Shown here: in pieces, positions 39,039 through 49,053 of the stretch
Position numbering within the stretch: the first letter of the stretch is position 1
Layout of the letters: each line of letters begins with the position of its first letter
Assembly (NCBI GenBank): GCA_016934265.1
Contig: JAFGTF010000041.1
Span: 8,820 to 72,819 of the forward strand
Length of the DNA stretch: 64,000 bases
From: Spirochaetota bacterium
Lineage (GTDB): Bacteria > Spirochaetota > B62-G9 > DRHN01
Direction of reading: 5' to 3'
Made by a program: the position numbers and the translations under genes
The notes under the pieces: model-generated
What the model was told of the DNA's origin: nothing
The model's database searches: none
The model's input: the letters and a program-made list of their open reading frames with translations, nothing else

Positions 39039-40205
39039 TTAGACGGGAGACATCTCGTTCTGCTGGAGTAAAACGGAGGGTGAGCCGCAGGCTCTGGCAA
39101 GATGTAAGGCCTTCATCTCCTTGTACCGTTGAAGGAGGACATGCTTCATCGTATCGATGCCCTCTTTCGTCTTCGCCGAGATGACGACGTGGTCGTCATA
39201 CCTGCTGAGTAAAAGCGCTTTGGTGTCCCTGCGCTCAAGCAGGTCGACCTTATTGAACACATAGAGCACCGGTATTTCGGCCGCGCCTATCTCCTTCAGC
39301 ACAGTATCGACCGCCTGTATGCGCTCCAGCGCGTCGTGGTTCGATATGTCCACCGCATGGAGCAGCAGGTCCGCCTCCTTCACCTCCTCGAGCGTCGACC
39401 TGAACGAATCGATTAGTGTCGGTGGAAGGTCCTTTATAAAACCGACGGTATCGGTTACGAGCATGGTGGTATTTTCCCCGAGCCATACCTCCCGCGTCGC
39501 CGGGTCGAGGGTCGCGAACAGCCTGTTTTCCGTAAAGAGGGACGAGTGGGAGAGAACGTTGAGCACGGAAGACTTGCCCGCGTTCGTATATCCCACCAGC
39601 GCGGCCTTGAACTTCGACTGCCTGTTCTTCCGCATGGTCATCCGGTGCTTGCTCACAGAAACGAGCTCCGTCTTGATCTTGGCTATGCGCTTTCTTATTC
39701 TTCTCTTGTCCATCTCGATCTGCTTCTCGCCCGGGCCCTTTGCACCGATTCCTCCCGCAATCCTCCCGAGATGGGGCCACATGTGCCTGAGCCTCGGCAG
39801 AGAATAGATCAGCGTCGCCAGCTCGACCTGCAGTTTCGCCTCTTTTGTACGCGCGCGCTGTGCGAAAATTTCGAGGATGAGCTCTGTACGCGGAACGATC
39901 CTCTTTTTTATGATATCCTTAAGGTTCCTGATCTGAACCGGGGAGAGCTCGAAATCGAGAATCACCGCTTCGATATCGTTTTCCCGTGTAATCAGTCTGA
40001 TGTCGCGTGCCTTGCCGCATCCGAGATAATTGGCGGGATCGATGCGCTCTTTTCGGTAGAGCCGCTGTATAATGGGTCTGAAACCTGCGGTACGGGCTAA
40101 AAGCTCGAGCTCCTCCAGCGAGGATTCGTCCTTCAGGACTGATCTTCTGTCCGTGTTCAGTCCTACTACGATAGCGGAAGTACCGCCCTTTGTTTCTATT
40201 GGCAT
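39039..40205 (-). CDS. hflX: GTPase HflX
   Basis: GPGEKQIE.D, VGYTNAGKS, LFATLD, DTVGFI, NKVD and SAK. Confidence 0.97.
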   Translation of the reverse strand: MPIETKGGTSAIVVGLNTDRRSVLKDESSLEELELLARTAGFRPIIQRLYRKERIDPANYLGCGKARDIRLITRENDIEAVILDFELSPVQIRNLKDIIKKRIVPRTELILEIFAQRARTKEAKLQVELATLIYSLPRLRHMWPHLGRIAGGIGAKGPGEKQIEMDKRRIRKRIAKIKTELVSVSKHRMTMRKNRQSKFKAALVGYTNAGKSSVLNVLSHSSLFTENRLFATLDPATREVWLGENTTMLVTDTVGFIKDLPPTLIDSFRSTLEEVKEADLLLHAVDISNHDALERIQAVDTVLKEIGAAEIPVLYVFNKVDLLERRDTKALLLSRYDDHVVISAKTKEGIDTMKHVLLQRYKEMKALHLARACGSPSVLLQQNEMSPV

Positions 40206-40255
40206 AGGCTAGTAAAATAATAAGTGATAGGCATGGAAAATCAAGGAAAAAAATT

Positions 40256-40284
40256 TTGACAAAGGCCCCCATACACGCTACCAT
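40256..40284 (+). promoter_or_regulatory. Putative sigma70 promoter of comEA (possibly leaderless transcript)
   Basis: TTGACA-17 bp-TACCAT, 8 nt before the ATG, with no SD. Confidence 0.5.
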
Positions 40285-40292
40285 TTGTCCTG

Positions 40293-40664
40293 ATGACAGG
40301 TACACAGAGATACGCAGCACTGTTCATCATAATTGCACTCGGCACAGGCCTTCTTTTTCACTCACTTGGACGATACAGGTGGTACGAAAACTTCGTAGAT
40401 GTGGGCTACGAGACGAAAAATATCGGTACCGAATCGGTAAATGGTACTACCACTTCAGCCGATAAAGTAGAAAAGATCGATGTTAACAGTGCGGGCGTAG
40501 GCGAGCTTACTCTTCTTCCCGGAATCGGGAGGGAGACCGCGCTCAGGATCGTGGAGTACAGGGAGGAAAACGGCGCATACGGAAGCGTGGAAGAACTGAT
40601 CAACGTCCACGGTATCGGTCCGAAAAAGCTTGAAAAGATCAGGAAGTATGTTACGATAGAGTAA
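40293..40664 (+). CDS. comEA: ComEA-like helix-hairpin-helix DNA receptor
   Basis: N-terminal TM; IDVNSA..EL..LPGIG...A.RIVEYR..G...EL..V.GIG. Confidence 0.9.
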   Translation: MTGTQRYAALFIIIALGTGLLFHSLGRYRWYENFVDVGYETKNIGTESVNGTTTSADKVEKIDVNSAGVGELTLLPGIGRETALRIVEYREENGAYGSVEELINVHGIGPKKLEKIRKYVTIE

Positions 40665-40869
40665 CGATTGTCGGGGAATTATGTAATTTTCGGATACACC
40701 GGTTTGTAGCTATATTATAACTATATCTATAAATACCGGTTCAGAGTACGGTTCGTCGGTATGGTGGATGCAAAAGAGGGGGCAAGTCGGCGGAGACCGC
40801 GGACTCTCCTGTGACTGAACCGCGTATTCATTTTCCGGAGGCGGGAAGCCGGTAAAAGAGGGGGCAGAG

Positions 40870-42009
40870 ATGGGCGACATCGACGACGAAAAGACGCAGT
40901 CTCCTTTCGACATTGAAAGCGAAGATGAAACAATAGCCCTGTCTATGGATGAGCTCGACGGCATCTTATCCGAAGCCGAGATAGTGTCGGATACGCAAAA
41001 GAAGGGGCAGGCGGTCGCGGAAGAAGTATCCGAACCGGAAGGCGGCGAGCCGGGACTCGACGACCTCGATCTCGGCGGTACGGAGGATATCGACCTCGAT
41101 GATTCCGACCTCGGTGAGCCGGGACTCGACGACCTCGATCTCGGCGGTACGGAGGATATCGACCTCGAAAGCGCGGGCGATACGGGAAGCGGCCCCGAAG
41201 ACGAGTTCGATATCAGCGGCGAAATAGACGAGCTTTCCTCCAAGGACCTCGAAGACATCGAGCTCGAGGTTGGAGACGTCGATACGATCGTCCAGGATCT
41301 CGAGGAGGAGCTGGAGCAGGAAGGCGAAATCGATATGCCGGGTTCCGAGGCGGAAGAAATTTCGATGGAAGACATGGGTACCCAACCGTCAGAGTCCGAA
41401 GAGGGGCCGCTCGACCTCGGCGAGGGTGAAGAGATCGGAGAGCTCGATCTCGACGAGCTCGACCTCGGTGAGGATGAGCTCGGCGAGCCGGGAATCGAGG
41501 AAGACATCGAGGATATCGACCTGACCGAAGCGCCGGTCTTGGGCGAAAGGGACGAAAAACTGGAAGGGTTCGTGCTGGAAGACCAGGAGGCGTTCCGCGA
41601 GGCGGGAATCGAAGGAATCGAAGACGAGATAAAGGACCTGGAGCTTCCCGATCTGGAAGACGAAGAAATCGAGATGCCGGAGGACGAGTTTCAGCCGTCT
41701 CAACCCGAGGGGGAAGAAGCTTTGGAAGAACCCTCCGAGGAAGTCGTGCTCACCGCCGAGGATGAGGAAATACTGAGCAAGGATATCGACCTGGAGGGGG
41801 AAGAGGTCGTTACGGTCACTGGAGAAGAGCTCAGTAGGATGGAAGAGGAGCCCGGCGTCGATTCCGCGCTGCTTGATGAAGTTGCGGGCATCCTGAAATA
41901 TATGGATACGCTCCTCGGCAATCTTCCGCAAAAGAAGATCAAGGAGTTCGCAGCCTCCTCTTATTACGAGCGCTACAAGGACCTCTTCGAGAAGCTCGGC
42001 ATCAAGTAG
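40870..42009 (+). CDS. Highly acidic low-complexity protein with a short C-terminal helical domain
   Basis: D/E-rich 379-aa ORF; C-terminus LKYMDTLLGNLPQKKIKEFA.S.YY..YK.LFEKLG. Confidence 0.8.
   Translation: MGDIDDEKTQSPFDIESEDETIALSMDELDGILSEAEIVSDTQKKGQAVAEEVSEPEGGEPGLDDLDLGGTEDIDLDDSDLGEPGLDDLDLGGTEDIDLESAGDTGSGPEDEFDISGEIDELSSKDLEDIELEVGDVDTIVQDLEEELEQEGEIDMPGSEAEEISMEDMGTQPSESEEGPLDLGEGEEIGELDLDELDLGEDELGEPGIEEDIEDIDLTEAPVLGERDEKLEGFVLEDQEAFREAGIEGIEDEIKDLELPDLEDEEIEMPEDEFQPSQPEGEEALEEPSEEVVLTAEDEEILSKDIDLEGEEVVTVTGEELSRMEEEPGVDSALLDEVAGILKYMDTLLGNLPQKKIKEFAASSYYERYKDLFEKLGIK
41044..41168 (+). repeat. Intragenic tandem duplication, 69-bp period
   Basis: GEPGLDDLDLGGTEDIDL encoded twice by near-identical DNA. 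Confidence 0.9.
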
Positions 42010-42134
42010 GCTTTTCTTTTTATCTACCCCGGCCGGAACACATATACACGGCCCGTTACGGAAATAATCCCTCGCCTGTTTCGGCTTTATCCGAAACGCC
42101 GGAAATCATTGCATCGCTAAAAAAAGGAACGCTG

Positions 42135-43061
42135 ATGAACACATATTTCTCGTGCCTGCCGTGTTTTATACGACAAGCGCTCGAGGCGGCACAGCTCGCC
42201 TCCGCGGATGAGAGGACGACGGAGGAAGTATTAAGGCGATCATTGAGAAGGCTTTCCGACCTCCCCTTCGATAAAACTCCTCCTCACATCGTTAAGGAGA
42301 TACACCGCATCGTACGCGACCTCGTGAAACTGGAAGACCCCTACAAGGAGCTCAAGGTCCGGTACAATAAAATGGCGCTCGATCTCCTGCCCCTGCTGCG
42401 CGAGGCCGTCTCCGCTTCTGAAGACAGGCTCCAGACGGCGGCGCGACTTGCAGTCGCTGGGAACGTCATAGATTTCGGGCACTTAAACTCGGATTTCGAT
42501 ATATCTCTCAATGAAGTCATCGAGGACTCGCTCGAACGACCCATCACCATCAACCGCACCGAGGACCTGCGGCTTGACCTCGAGCGGGCCGACCGCATCC
42601 TCTACCTCACGGACAACGCCGGAGAGATCGTTTTCGACCGGCTTCTCATCGAGGAGATAGACAGGCACAACGAAAGAGTAATTCTCGGTGTGAGGGGTGT
42701 ACCGATAATCAACGACGCAACCCTAAGCGATGCGCGTCAGGCCGGGCTGTCCGACATGGTTACGGTGATGGGAAACGGGAGCGATGCGCCGGGAACCATC
42801 CTCGAGGAGTGTGACGGCCCGTTCAGAAAAGCGTTCGAGAAAGCGGACCTCGTCATCGCGAAAGGTCAGGGTAACTACGAGACTCTTTCCGAAACGCCGG
42901 GCAATATCTACTTCCTGCTCAAGGTGAAATGCCCTTCTATCGCGCGCGACCTCAGCTGCCGCACGGGCGACATCGTAATAGCTAAAACGGATCATGCGCG
43001 GCATGCAAACGACGTACCGCCTCTCGCCATAGACGACACGCTCTCAGTAGGCCTTCCGTAA
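42135..43061 (+). CDS. DUF89/ARMT1-like damage-control phosphatase
   Basis: C.PC, DPYKE.K, AGNVID, DNAGE..FD, INDAT and KGQGNYE. Confidence 0.9.
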   Translation: MNTYFSCLPCFIRQALEAAQLASADERTTEEVLRRSLRRLSDLPFDKTPPHIVKEIHRIVRDLVKLEDPYKELKVRYNKMALDLLPLLREAVSASEDRLQTAARLAVAGNVIDFGHLNSDFDISLNEVIEDSLERPITINRTEDLRLDLERADRILYLTDNAGEIVFDRLLIEEIDRHNERVILGVRGVPIINDATLSDARQAGLSDMVTVMGNGSDAPGTILEECDGPFRKAFEKADLVIAKGQGNYETLSETPGNIYFLLKVKCPSIARDLSCRTGDIVIAKTDHARHANDVPPLAIDDTLSVGLP

Positions 43062-43363
43062 ATACATTGGTACCGGATGTTTCCATGCGGATTCATGAGT
43101 TTTATGTTGCCCTTATTCTTCCAAATCGTCTCCAATAGAGGCACGAAACGCCGGGGTCTTTTACCGATCGCTCTTTTTTGCCTCGCATCATATAACGAAT
43201 TTCTACGCTCCCGTCTCCCTGTATGTCGTTTGAAATGATCCGATACTTCACGTGCGATCGATCGGGAATCGACAAGAATTCACAGGTAAAGATCCGACAC
43301 GGTTTGATTTTAAAAAATAGTTTTTCTCCAAAATAGTTGCAATAAATTATGGGAATAGTAATC

Positions 43364-43494
43364 ATGACTGTGTCATTACGAGGCGTAAGACAACATCATC
43401 CGATGTTGTCTTTACTGCCGGAGGTAAAAATCGCCTATGGCTCAAATCGAGACTTTATGCCTCAATCGACGAAGTAATCTATTACTACAGTCAT
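43364..43494. repeat. Nested palindromic (REP-like) element
   Basis: Outer ATGACTG/CAGTCAT arms, GTCATTACGAGG...CGAAGTAATC and inner hairpin AAGACAACATC-ATCC-GATGTTGTCTT. Confidence 0.5.
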
Positions 43495-43862
43495 TTATTG
43501 TCCTTTTTTTAGATTGCTTTTGAAAACTCCGTAGGAGTTTTCACTTGCAAATGACACCCACACCGTTTATTTGACACTATGCGAGATATCATGCTAAAAG
43601 AGATTATGATCATTTATAACTATGATTATAGGTAATTAGTACTTTCATTGTATTTTTGCACCTAAATCGAACGACTCCGGCTCTTTATGTGTGCCGTAAT
43701 AGTTCACTGCTTCCATACGGATCAAATCAAAATCGGCCGGATTAAGCGTAAAGGGTCGTACCCATCCTGTTTGACTAAAAAATATCCAAAAAAACGAAAT
43801 AAAATCCCCGCTTTTTCTGTTCAATACTATACGAGTCTGATTGCAAAAAAAAGGAGGAGAGC

Positions 43863-44249
43863 ATGAAAAACTTCAATCTCATAGTGATGGAGGGTAGGCT
43901 GACGGACGACCCGGATCTTAAGTACACCCAGAACGGGACGGCACTCTGCTGCTTCTCGATTGCTAACAACAACGACTACTACAGGCAGAACGAGCGGCAG
44001 GAGGAGGTATGCTTCGTCGACGTCACGGTCTGGTCGAAGCTCGCCGAGCGGTGCGGCGAATATCTCAAAAAGGGAAGGAGGGTGCTTTTAGACGGCAGGC
44101 TCAAGCAGGACCGGTGGCAGGATAAGGAGGGCACTCAGCACTCAAAGCTCTGCATCGTTTGTCATGGGGTACGGTTTCTCGACCGTTACAGCGAGGAAGA
44201 GGAGGAACACCAGGAAGCCGGAGAAGCCCAAACGGCTGCGGCGCAATGA
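43863..44249 (+). CDS. ssb: Single-stranded DNA-binding protein (no acidic DDIPF tip)
   Basis: GRLT.DP.L.YT..G, FSIA, W..LAE....YLKKG..V...GRL....W. AAGGAGG RBS. Confidence 0.92.
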   Translation: MKNFNLIVMEGRLTDDPDLKYTQNGTALCCFSIANNNDYYRQNERQEEVCFVDVTVWSKLAERCGEYLKKGRRVLLDGRLKQDRWQDKEGTQHSKLCIVCHGVRFLDRYSEEEEEHQEAGEAQTAAAQ

Positions 44250-44428
44250 GCGCGGATACATAAAAAGCGGCCCAGCGGGCATTTTTTCAGAGGCCGTTGT
44301 TTTTTCGGGCCGCTTCTTCGATTTAAACCGGCGGGCCGCCACTGCCAACGAGGAGAGGGAAAAGAAATAAAGCAGAACGAGAAATATATCGATAATGTTT
44401 GTGAATATCCGATAAACCAGTACTGTCC

Positions 44429-45145
44429 ATGAAAAATATTATTTATCGTTCTTGCCGTCCTTTTAATCGTTTCATCGGCGCGCTTCTTTTTCTCCTGGCG
44501 GTGTCCAGCACTGCTTCGGCGGTAGGTCCGAAGGATTTGCGGGAACCGCAGCCGCCGATCGTCACCGACGACGGTATCCTTTTTTCCTATCGTTCCGAGA
44601 CGACCCCCAGGTACGTCAAGATAATCGGAGACTTCAACGACTGGGAACGATCATACTACATGACTAAAAACCGGCACGGTGTGTTCGTATTTCTCTATGA
44701 GGAGACGGGCAAGAAGGGTATCGTGCTTACCGGCGGCAGGTACCGGTACCGTTTTCTCGTGGACGGAATCTGGATCAACGACCCGTTGAACAACTGTATC
44801 CAATACGATGCAGGGGGCACGGCCCTCTCCTGCTTCGATGTCCCCGCATCGATCGTCATCGCCGATAAGAACCCCCTTCACGTACACGGCAACAGCTATG
44901 TCTTCTACTATAGAAACGATACCGCACAAGAAGTATATCTCGTGGGGGATTTCAACAACTGGAACCCCTACTCGCTCCCTATGAAACGCAACGAAAGCGG
45001 CCTGTGGGAGAGCGAGGTGGACATCCTTCCCGGTTCCTATGCCTATGCCTTCATTGTCGACGGTATACAAAAGAAAGACCCGCTCGGCACACACATCGTC
45101 TATGACCGGTTCGACCGCGAGTACTCGAAACTCACCCTCCCCTGA
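44429..45145 (+). CDS. Exported protein with two CBM48/AMPK-beta-like glycogen-binding domains
   Basis: Signal peptide and two V...GDFN.W...M....G..Y.Y.F.VDG....DP units. Confidence 0.85.
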   Translation: MKNIIYRSCRPFNRFIGALLFLLAVSSTASAVGPKDLREPQPPIVTDDGILFSYRSETTPRYVKIIGDFNDWERSYYMTKNRHGVFVFLYEETGKKGIVLTGGRYRYRFLVDGIWINDPLNNCIQYDAGGTALSCFDVPASIVIADKNPLHVHGNSYVFYYRNDTAQEVYLVGDFNNWNPYSLPMKRNESGLWESEVDILPGSYAYAFIVDGIQKKDPLGTHIVYDRFDREYSKLTLP

Positions 45146-45514
45146 ACCCACTGAAACGCCGCCGGTCGGGGACTTTCCGCTTTTATTGTCCGGAATACTA
45201 CTCCAATCGCAGGGCAACGGATATTCCTTCCGTTATTGAGACGGGAAGCGGCGGGAAATACATTACGATCGAATATTTCAATATAAGAAGAATTCTAAAG
45301 ACCTTACACAGATGTAGTGTAATGTAGGAATCGATATTACTGTTACGGCAGACTATCCGACGGGCGGTTTGCCAAAGGAAGAACCTCTGCAGACCTTAGA
45401 CAAGTACGTTTGGATTTGTGTATTGCGGTATGTGAAAAAACCAACCCATTGCTGTTATCTTCTAATCGGAGGTCATTCAGCGAACACGCATAATGCCGCT
45501 AAATCCCCACTCCC

Positions 45515-46243
45515 CTATTTCGGTACCGGTTTATAGGCGTAGGAATCGGGAACGATATAAAGCACTCTCCTGTCGATAAGCCCGCCTTCCTCTTCGAGAA
45601 TCGCCACCTCGTAGGTGCCTGTCCTGTCGAACAGCGCTTTCAGAGAGAAGGACGTCCAGCCTGGCCGTATGGGAATCGTTCTTCTGTCGTACTCCTCTAC
45701 ACCCTCTTTACCTATCCTCGTGATCTTCACGGTCGCGCTGATCATTCCGAGAGGCTTCCTCGAACGAAGAAAGAGGGTGACGTTTCCCCGCGTGAACGTA
45801 TTCGAGCGATTTTCGGGTTTCTGTGTCAGGTAGTCCACGCCCTCGCAGAATACGAGCCTCGGCTCGGTGACGAATCGGGCCGCTTTGGGATATCCGAAGA
45901 GGAAGGAAAACACTAGCACCGCCGCAATCCCGAGTGATATGAGGACCCACATCCCCCCGCGTCCCGTGCGAACCGGCTGCGCATACCTCACGGCGGCGGG
46001 CGGCTGGAGCTCGCCCGGCGGTATTGTTACTCCCTCGCCCGCGGTCTGTACGATCCCCTCTTTATACTCCGCTTTGAAACGCTCGGCGATTTCCCGTTCG
46101 GAGACACTTCGTTCCGAAACCCTGCCTTTTCTCGTCTTCACAACCCGTCCGGCGTGCTTGCCGAGAAACGAAGTTCCCAGCACCGCCGCGAAGAGCGAGA
46201 AGCCTATGAGAAAAATGAGGACAAAAATGACTATGAGAATCAT
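45515..46243 (-). CDS. Hypothetical membrane protein
   Basis: 242-aa ORF with two hydrophobic segments and a beta-rich C-terminus. Confidence 0.65.
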   Translation of the reverse strand: MILIVIFVLIFLIGFSLFAAVLGTSFLGKHAGRVVKTRKGRVSERSVSEREIAERFKAEYKEGIVQTAGEGVTIPPGELQPPAAVRYAQPVRTGRGGMWVLISLGIAAVLVFSFLFGYPKAARFVTEPRLVFCEGVDYLTQKPENRSNTFTRGNVTLFLRSRKPLGMISATVKITRIGKEGVEEYDRRTIPIRPGWTSFSLKALFDRTGTYEVAILEEEGGLIDRRVLYIVPDSYAYKPVPK

Positions 46244-46507
46244 GCCGTTGTATATACCTTTACAGAGAACTCATAATGATTTTCGGTTCATTATTCGGCG
46301 AACTAAAACAATTAGTTCCCGGCGGTTGATACTCCTGTCCAACGGTGACGATGCGTCGACGGTTTTTTCGATTTTTAAAATCGAATTCGAATAAAAACCG
46401 AACCGTCACTATGTGCGAAACGATGCGGCAACTGGTGAATTATTCACCGGGGACCGACTAATCGGCCGAATATTCCCGCCAGCAGGCGCCGCTAAAGAGG
46501 TCTTTTA

Positions 46508-47695
46508 ATGGAGCTACCAGCAATAGATGGCGGACATCCGGTCCGAAGCGAGATGTTGCCGTTTTCTCCCCCGGACATCGGTTCCGCCGAGATAGCACGA
46601 GTCACCGGCGTGCTGAAATCCGGGTGGATAACCCGGGGCGGGGTATGCGAAGAGTTCGAGAATAGAATATCGGACTTCACTGGCGCCCGGTTCGCCCACT
46701 GCCTGAGCTCTGCGACCGCCGGCCTGTTCCTGTCGCTCAAAATCGCCGGTATCGGTGAGGGAGACGAGGTCATTACCACCCCCTATACCTTCGCTTCATC
46801 CGTGAACGTGATACTGCACGCCAGTGCGAAGCCGGTGCTCGCGGACGTAGAAGAGGACGGATTCCAGATCTCCCCGCAGGCGGTTGCCTCCAAGGTCACC
46901 CCCCGTACCCGTGCCGTTATTCCCGTCCATTTCGGCGGGCACCCCGTCGACCTCGATGCGGTCAGGGAGATCTCAAAACGGCACGACCTTCTCGTCGTGG
47001 AGGACGCCGCGCACGCAATCGGCGCGGAGTACCGGGGGAAACGGCTCGGGGACGGAAAGAATCCGTGCGTATTCTCCTTTCACGCGGTAAAAAACGTGAC
47101 AACCGCAGAGGGAGGGTGCGTGGTCACGAACGACGAGAAACTCCATAAGGCGCTGCGCCTCTATTCCCTGCACGGGCAGACGAAGGACGCTTACGAGAAG
47201 CTCAGCGCGGGGGGCTGGAAATACGATATCGCAGTACCCGGATACAAGTTCAACCTCACCGATTTGCAGGCGGCAGTCGGCGTCGAGCAGCTCAAACGGG
47301 TTGAAGCGATCACAAAGAAGAGAGAGGAGATCGCCGAACGGTACACCGCGCTGCTGAAAGAGTATGACTTCGTACAAACGCCTTCCGTAAAGAAGGGGCA
47401 CCGAAGCTCCTGGCACCTCTACCCCCTCCTGATTGACTTCTCACGGCTTTCGATCGACAGGGACCGTTTCATCGCCGCGCTCGCAGCGGAAAACATATCC
47501 GCGAACGTGCATTACATCCCCGTCCACCTCATGAGCTACTACAAAAAAACGTTCGGCTACCGGCCGGATGATTTTCCGGCTGCATACTCCCTCTTCCGGC
47601 GCGAGGTGAGCCTCCCGATATACCCGCAGCTCTCGTTCGACGACGTCGAACGCGTCGTCGAGGCGATCGAAAAGCTTTTCGCCCACTACCGATAG
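46508..47695 (+). CDS. DegT/DnrJ/EryC1/StrS sugar aminotransferase (AatB/WcfR/WbgX-like)
   Basis: PFSPPDI, SGWIT, EDAAHA, FSFHAVKN, SLHGQTKDA, W.YDI..PGYK.N.TD and VHYIP. Confidence 0.9.
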   Translation: MELPAIDGGHPVRSEMLPFSPPDIGSAEIARVTGVLKSGWITRGGVCEEFENRISDFTGARFAHCLSSATAGLFLSLKIAGIGEGDEVITTPYTFASSVNVILHASAKPVLADVEEDGFQISPQAVASKVTPRTRAVIPVHFGGHPVDLDAVREISKRHDLLVVEDAAHAIGAEYRGKRLGDGKNPCVFSFHAVKNVTTAEGGCVVTNDEKLHKALRLYSLHGQTKDAYEKLSAGGWKYDIAVPGYKFNLTDLQAAVGVEQLKRVEAITKKREEIAERYTALLKEYDFVQTPSVKKGHRSSWHLYPLLIDFSRLSIDRDRFIAALAAENISANVHYIPVHLMSYYKKTFGYRPDDFPAAYSLFRREVSLPIYPQLSFDDVERVVEAIEKLFAHYR

Positions 47696-47876
47696 TCCTC
47701 CCGCTTGGTCCGAGCACGGAATCCGTATGAGGCGGTCCGCTTTGATAAACCGGTACGGGCCGGAGGACGTTTTTCTGCGTGGGAGCGGATAATCAGCTTC
47801 CGGTGAATAATTGGGTGAAAACCGCACTCTTCATACGTTGCTGTTTCCGGCAATAGTCAATATATGTTATATACCA

Positions 47877-48024
47877 CCCGGCGTTGACAATTGAATTGAG
47901 GATTAAGAAACTCTGAAAATTAATCCCCTCACAAGTCCTAAAAAGGTGATTTTTAGAGCATTGCGTAAATATCAACGATTATGTAACTACCAACAATTGC
48001 TGATACTTTCAGTGTCAACGGGGG
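47877..48024 (+). mobile_element. MITE-like dispersed repeat, family B, copy 1
   Basis: Ends CCCGGCGTTGACA / TGTCAACGGGGG. Similar to the reverse complement of 53178-53314. Confidence 0.6.
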
Positions 48025-48189
48025 CTGATACTTGTCAAATATATACTAATTTGGAAATATTCATCCCCAAACTTTTTAATGGACAGCGATTTATTCGCCT
48101 CAATTATATATACGGAGAACGTTATTCGAGTTTTCGATACCGCCTCATTTCGTTATATTTACAGATAACAAACCGCAAAAGAGGGTATC

Positions 48190-48978
48190 ATGCACCCCAC
48201 ACTGGTACGGCTCGGTCCGATCGAGATCAGGTACTACGGTCTGATGTACGTGATCGCGATCGTTATCGGCATCATACTCCTTCAGAGGGAGATACCTCGG
48301 AAGAAGGTCGGCCTCACGAAGGACGAGGTGCTGAGCTACATCTTCTGGGTCGTCATAGGAGGCATCGTTGGGGCGAGAATCTACTATGTGATCTTCATGT
48401 GGAGCCGGTTTTATACACACAACCCGCTCGAGATATTCGCGGTCTGGCACGGAGGGCTTGCGATACACGGCGGGATTATAGGCGGTGCGGCGGCCGTCGT
48501 CCTGTACGCCAGGGTGAAGAAGGTGCATTTTCTCGACCTCCTCGACGCTACGGCCCCACTTCTCGCGCTCGGGCAGGCGCTCGGAAGGATCGGCAATTTC
48601 ATGAACGGCGACGCCCACGGCCTGCCGACCGACCTGCCGTGGGGTATAGTCTTCCCGCGCGGGAGCATAGCAGGCGACGAGTTTCCCGGACAGCCGCTGC
48701 ACCCCGTAATGCTCTACGAGCTCGCGCTCAACCTCGCGAACTTCTTCATCCTCTGGCGGCTCAGGAAAAGCGAGCATAAACGCGGTTTCATCGTCGCACT
48801 CTATCTTTTGAATTACGGCGTGATCCGCTTTTTCGTGAGCTTCTTACGGGCCGACAGCCTTATGCTCGGTAAACTGAGGGGCGCCCAGATACTGAGCGTA
48901 ATCTTCGTAGCCGGCTCACTTCTCTTTCTCTTCCTCTTCAAGCTGTGGCAGGGGGATAAAAAAAAGAAGAAAAACTGA
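48190..48978 (+). CDS. lgt: Prolipoprotein diacylglyceryl transferase
   Basis: YYGLMY, GARIYY, GGLAIHGG, GRIGNFMNG, HP..LYE and Y...RF.. Confidence 0.96.
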   Translation: MHPTLVRLGPIEIRYYGLMYVIAIVIGIILLQREIPRKKVGLTKDEVLSYIFWVVIGGIVGARIYYVIFMWSRFYTHNPLEIFAVWHGGLAIHGGIIGGAAAVVLYARVKKVHFLDLLDATAPLLALGQALGRIGNFMNGDAHGLPTDLPWGIVFPRGSIAGDEFPGQPLHPVMLYELALNLANFFILWRLRKSEHKRGFIVALYLLNYGVIRFFVSFLRADSLMLGKLRGAQILSVIFVAGSLLFLFLFKLWQGDKKKKKN

Positions 48979-49053
48979 TACCGCAGACTGCCGCGGCACA
49001 GTATCGACGAAATACGACGATCGGAAAAATCATATATGAAAGGCTTTTCAACA

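Noticed and set aside
45346-45378. Hairpin starting GGCAGAC (GGCAAACC on the minus strand) reminiscent of a c-di-GMP-I riboswitch
   Set aside because: It lacks the GNRA tetraloop and GACGCAAA core, and lies between convergent genes.
48020-48040. GGGGCTGAT resembling the tmRNA 5' end
   Set aside because: It does not continue as GGATTCGAC, and it is the end of the family B repeat.
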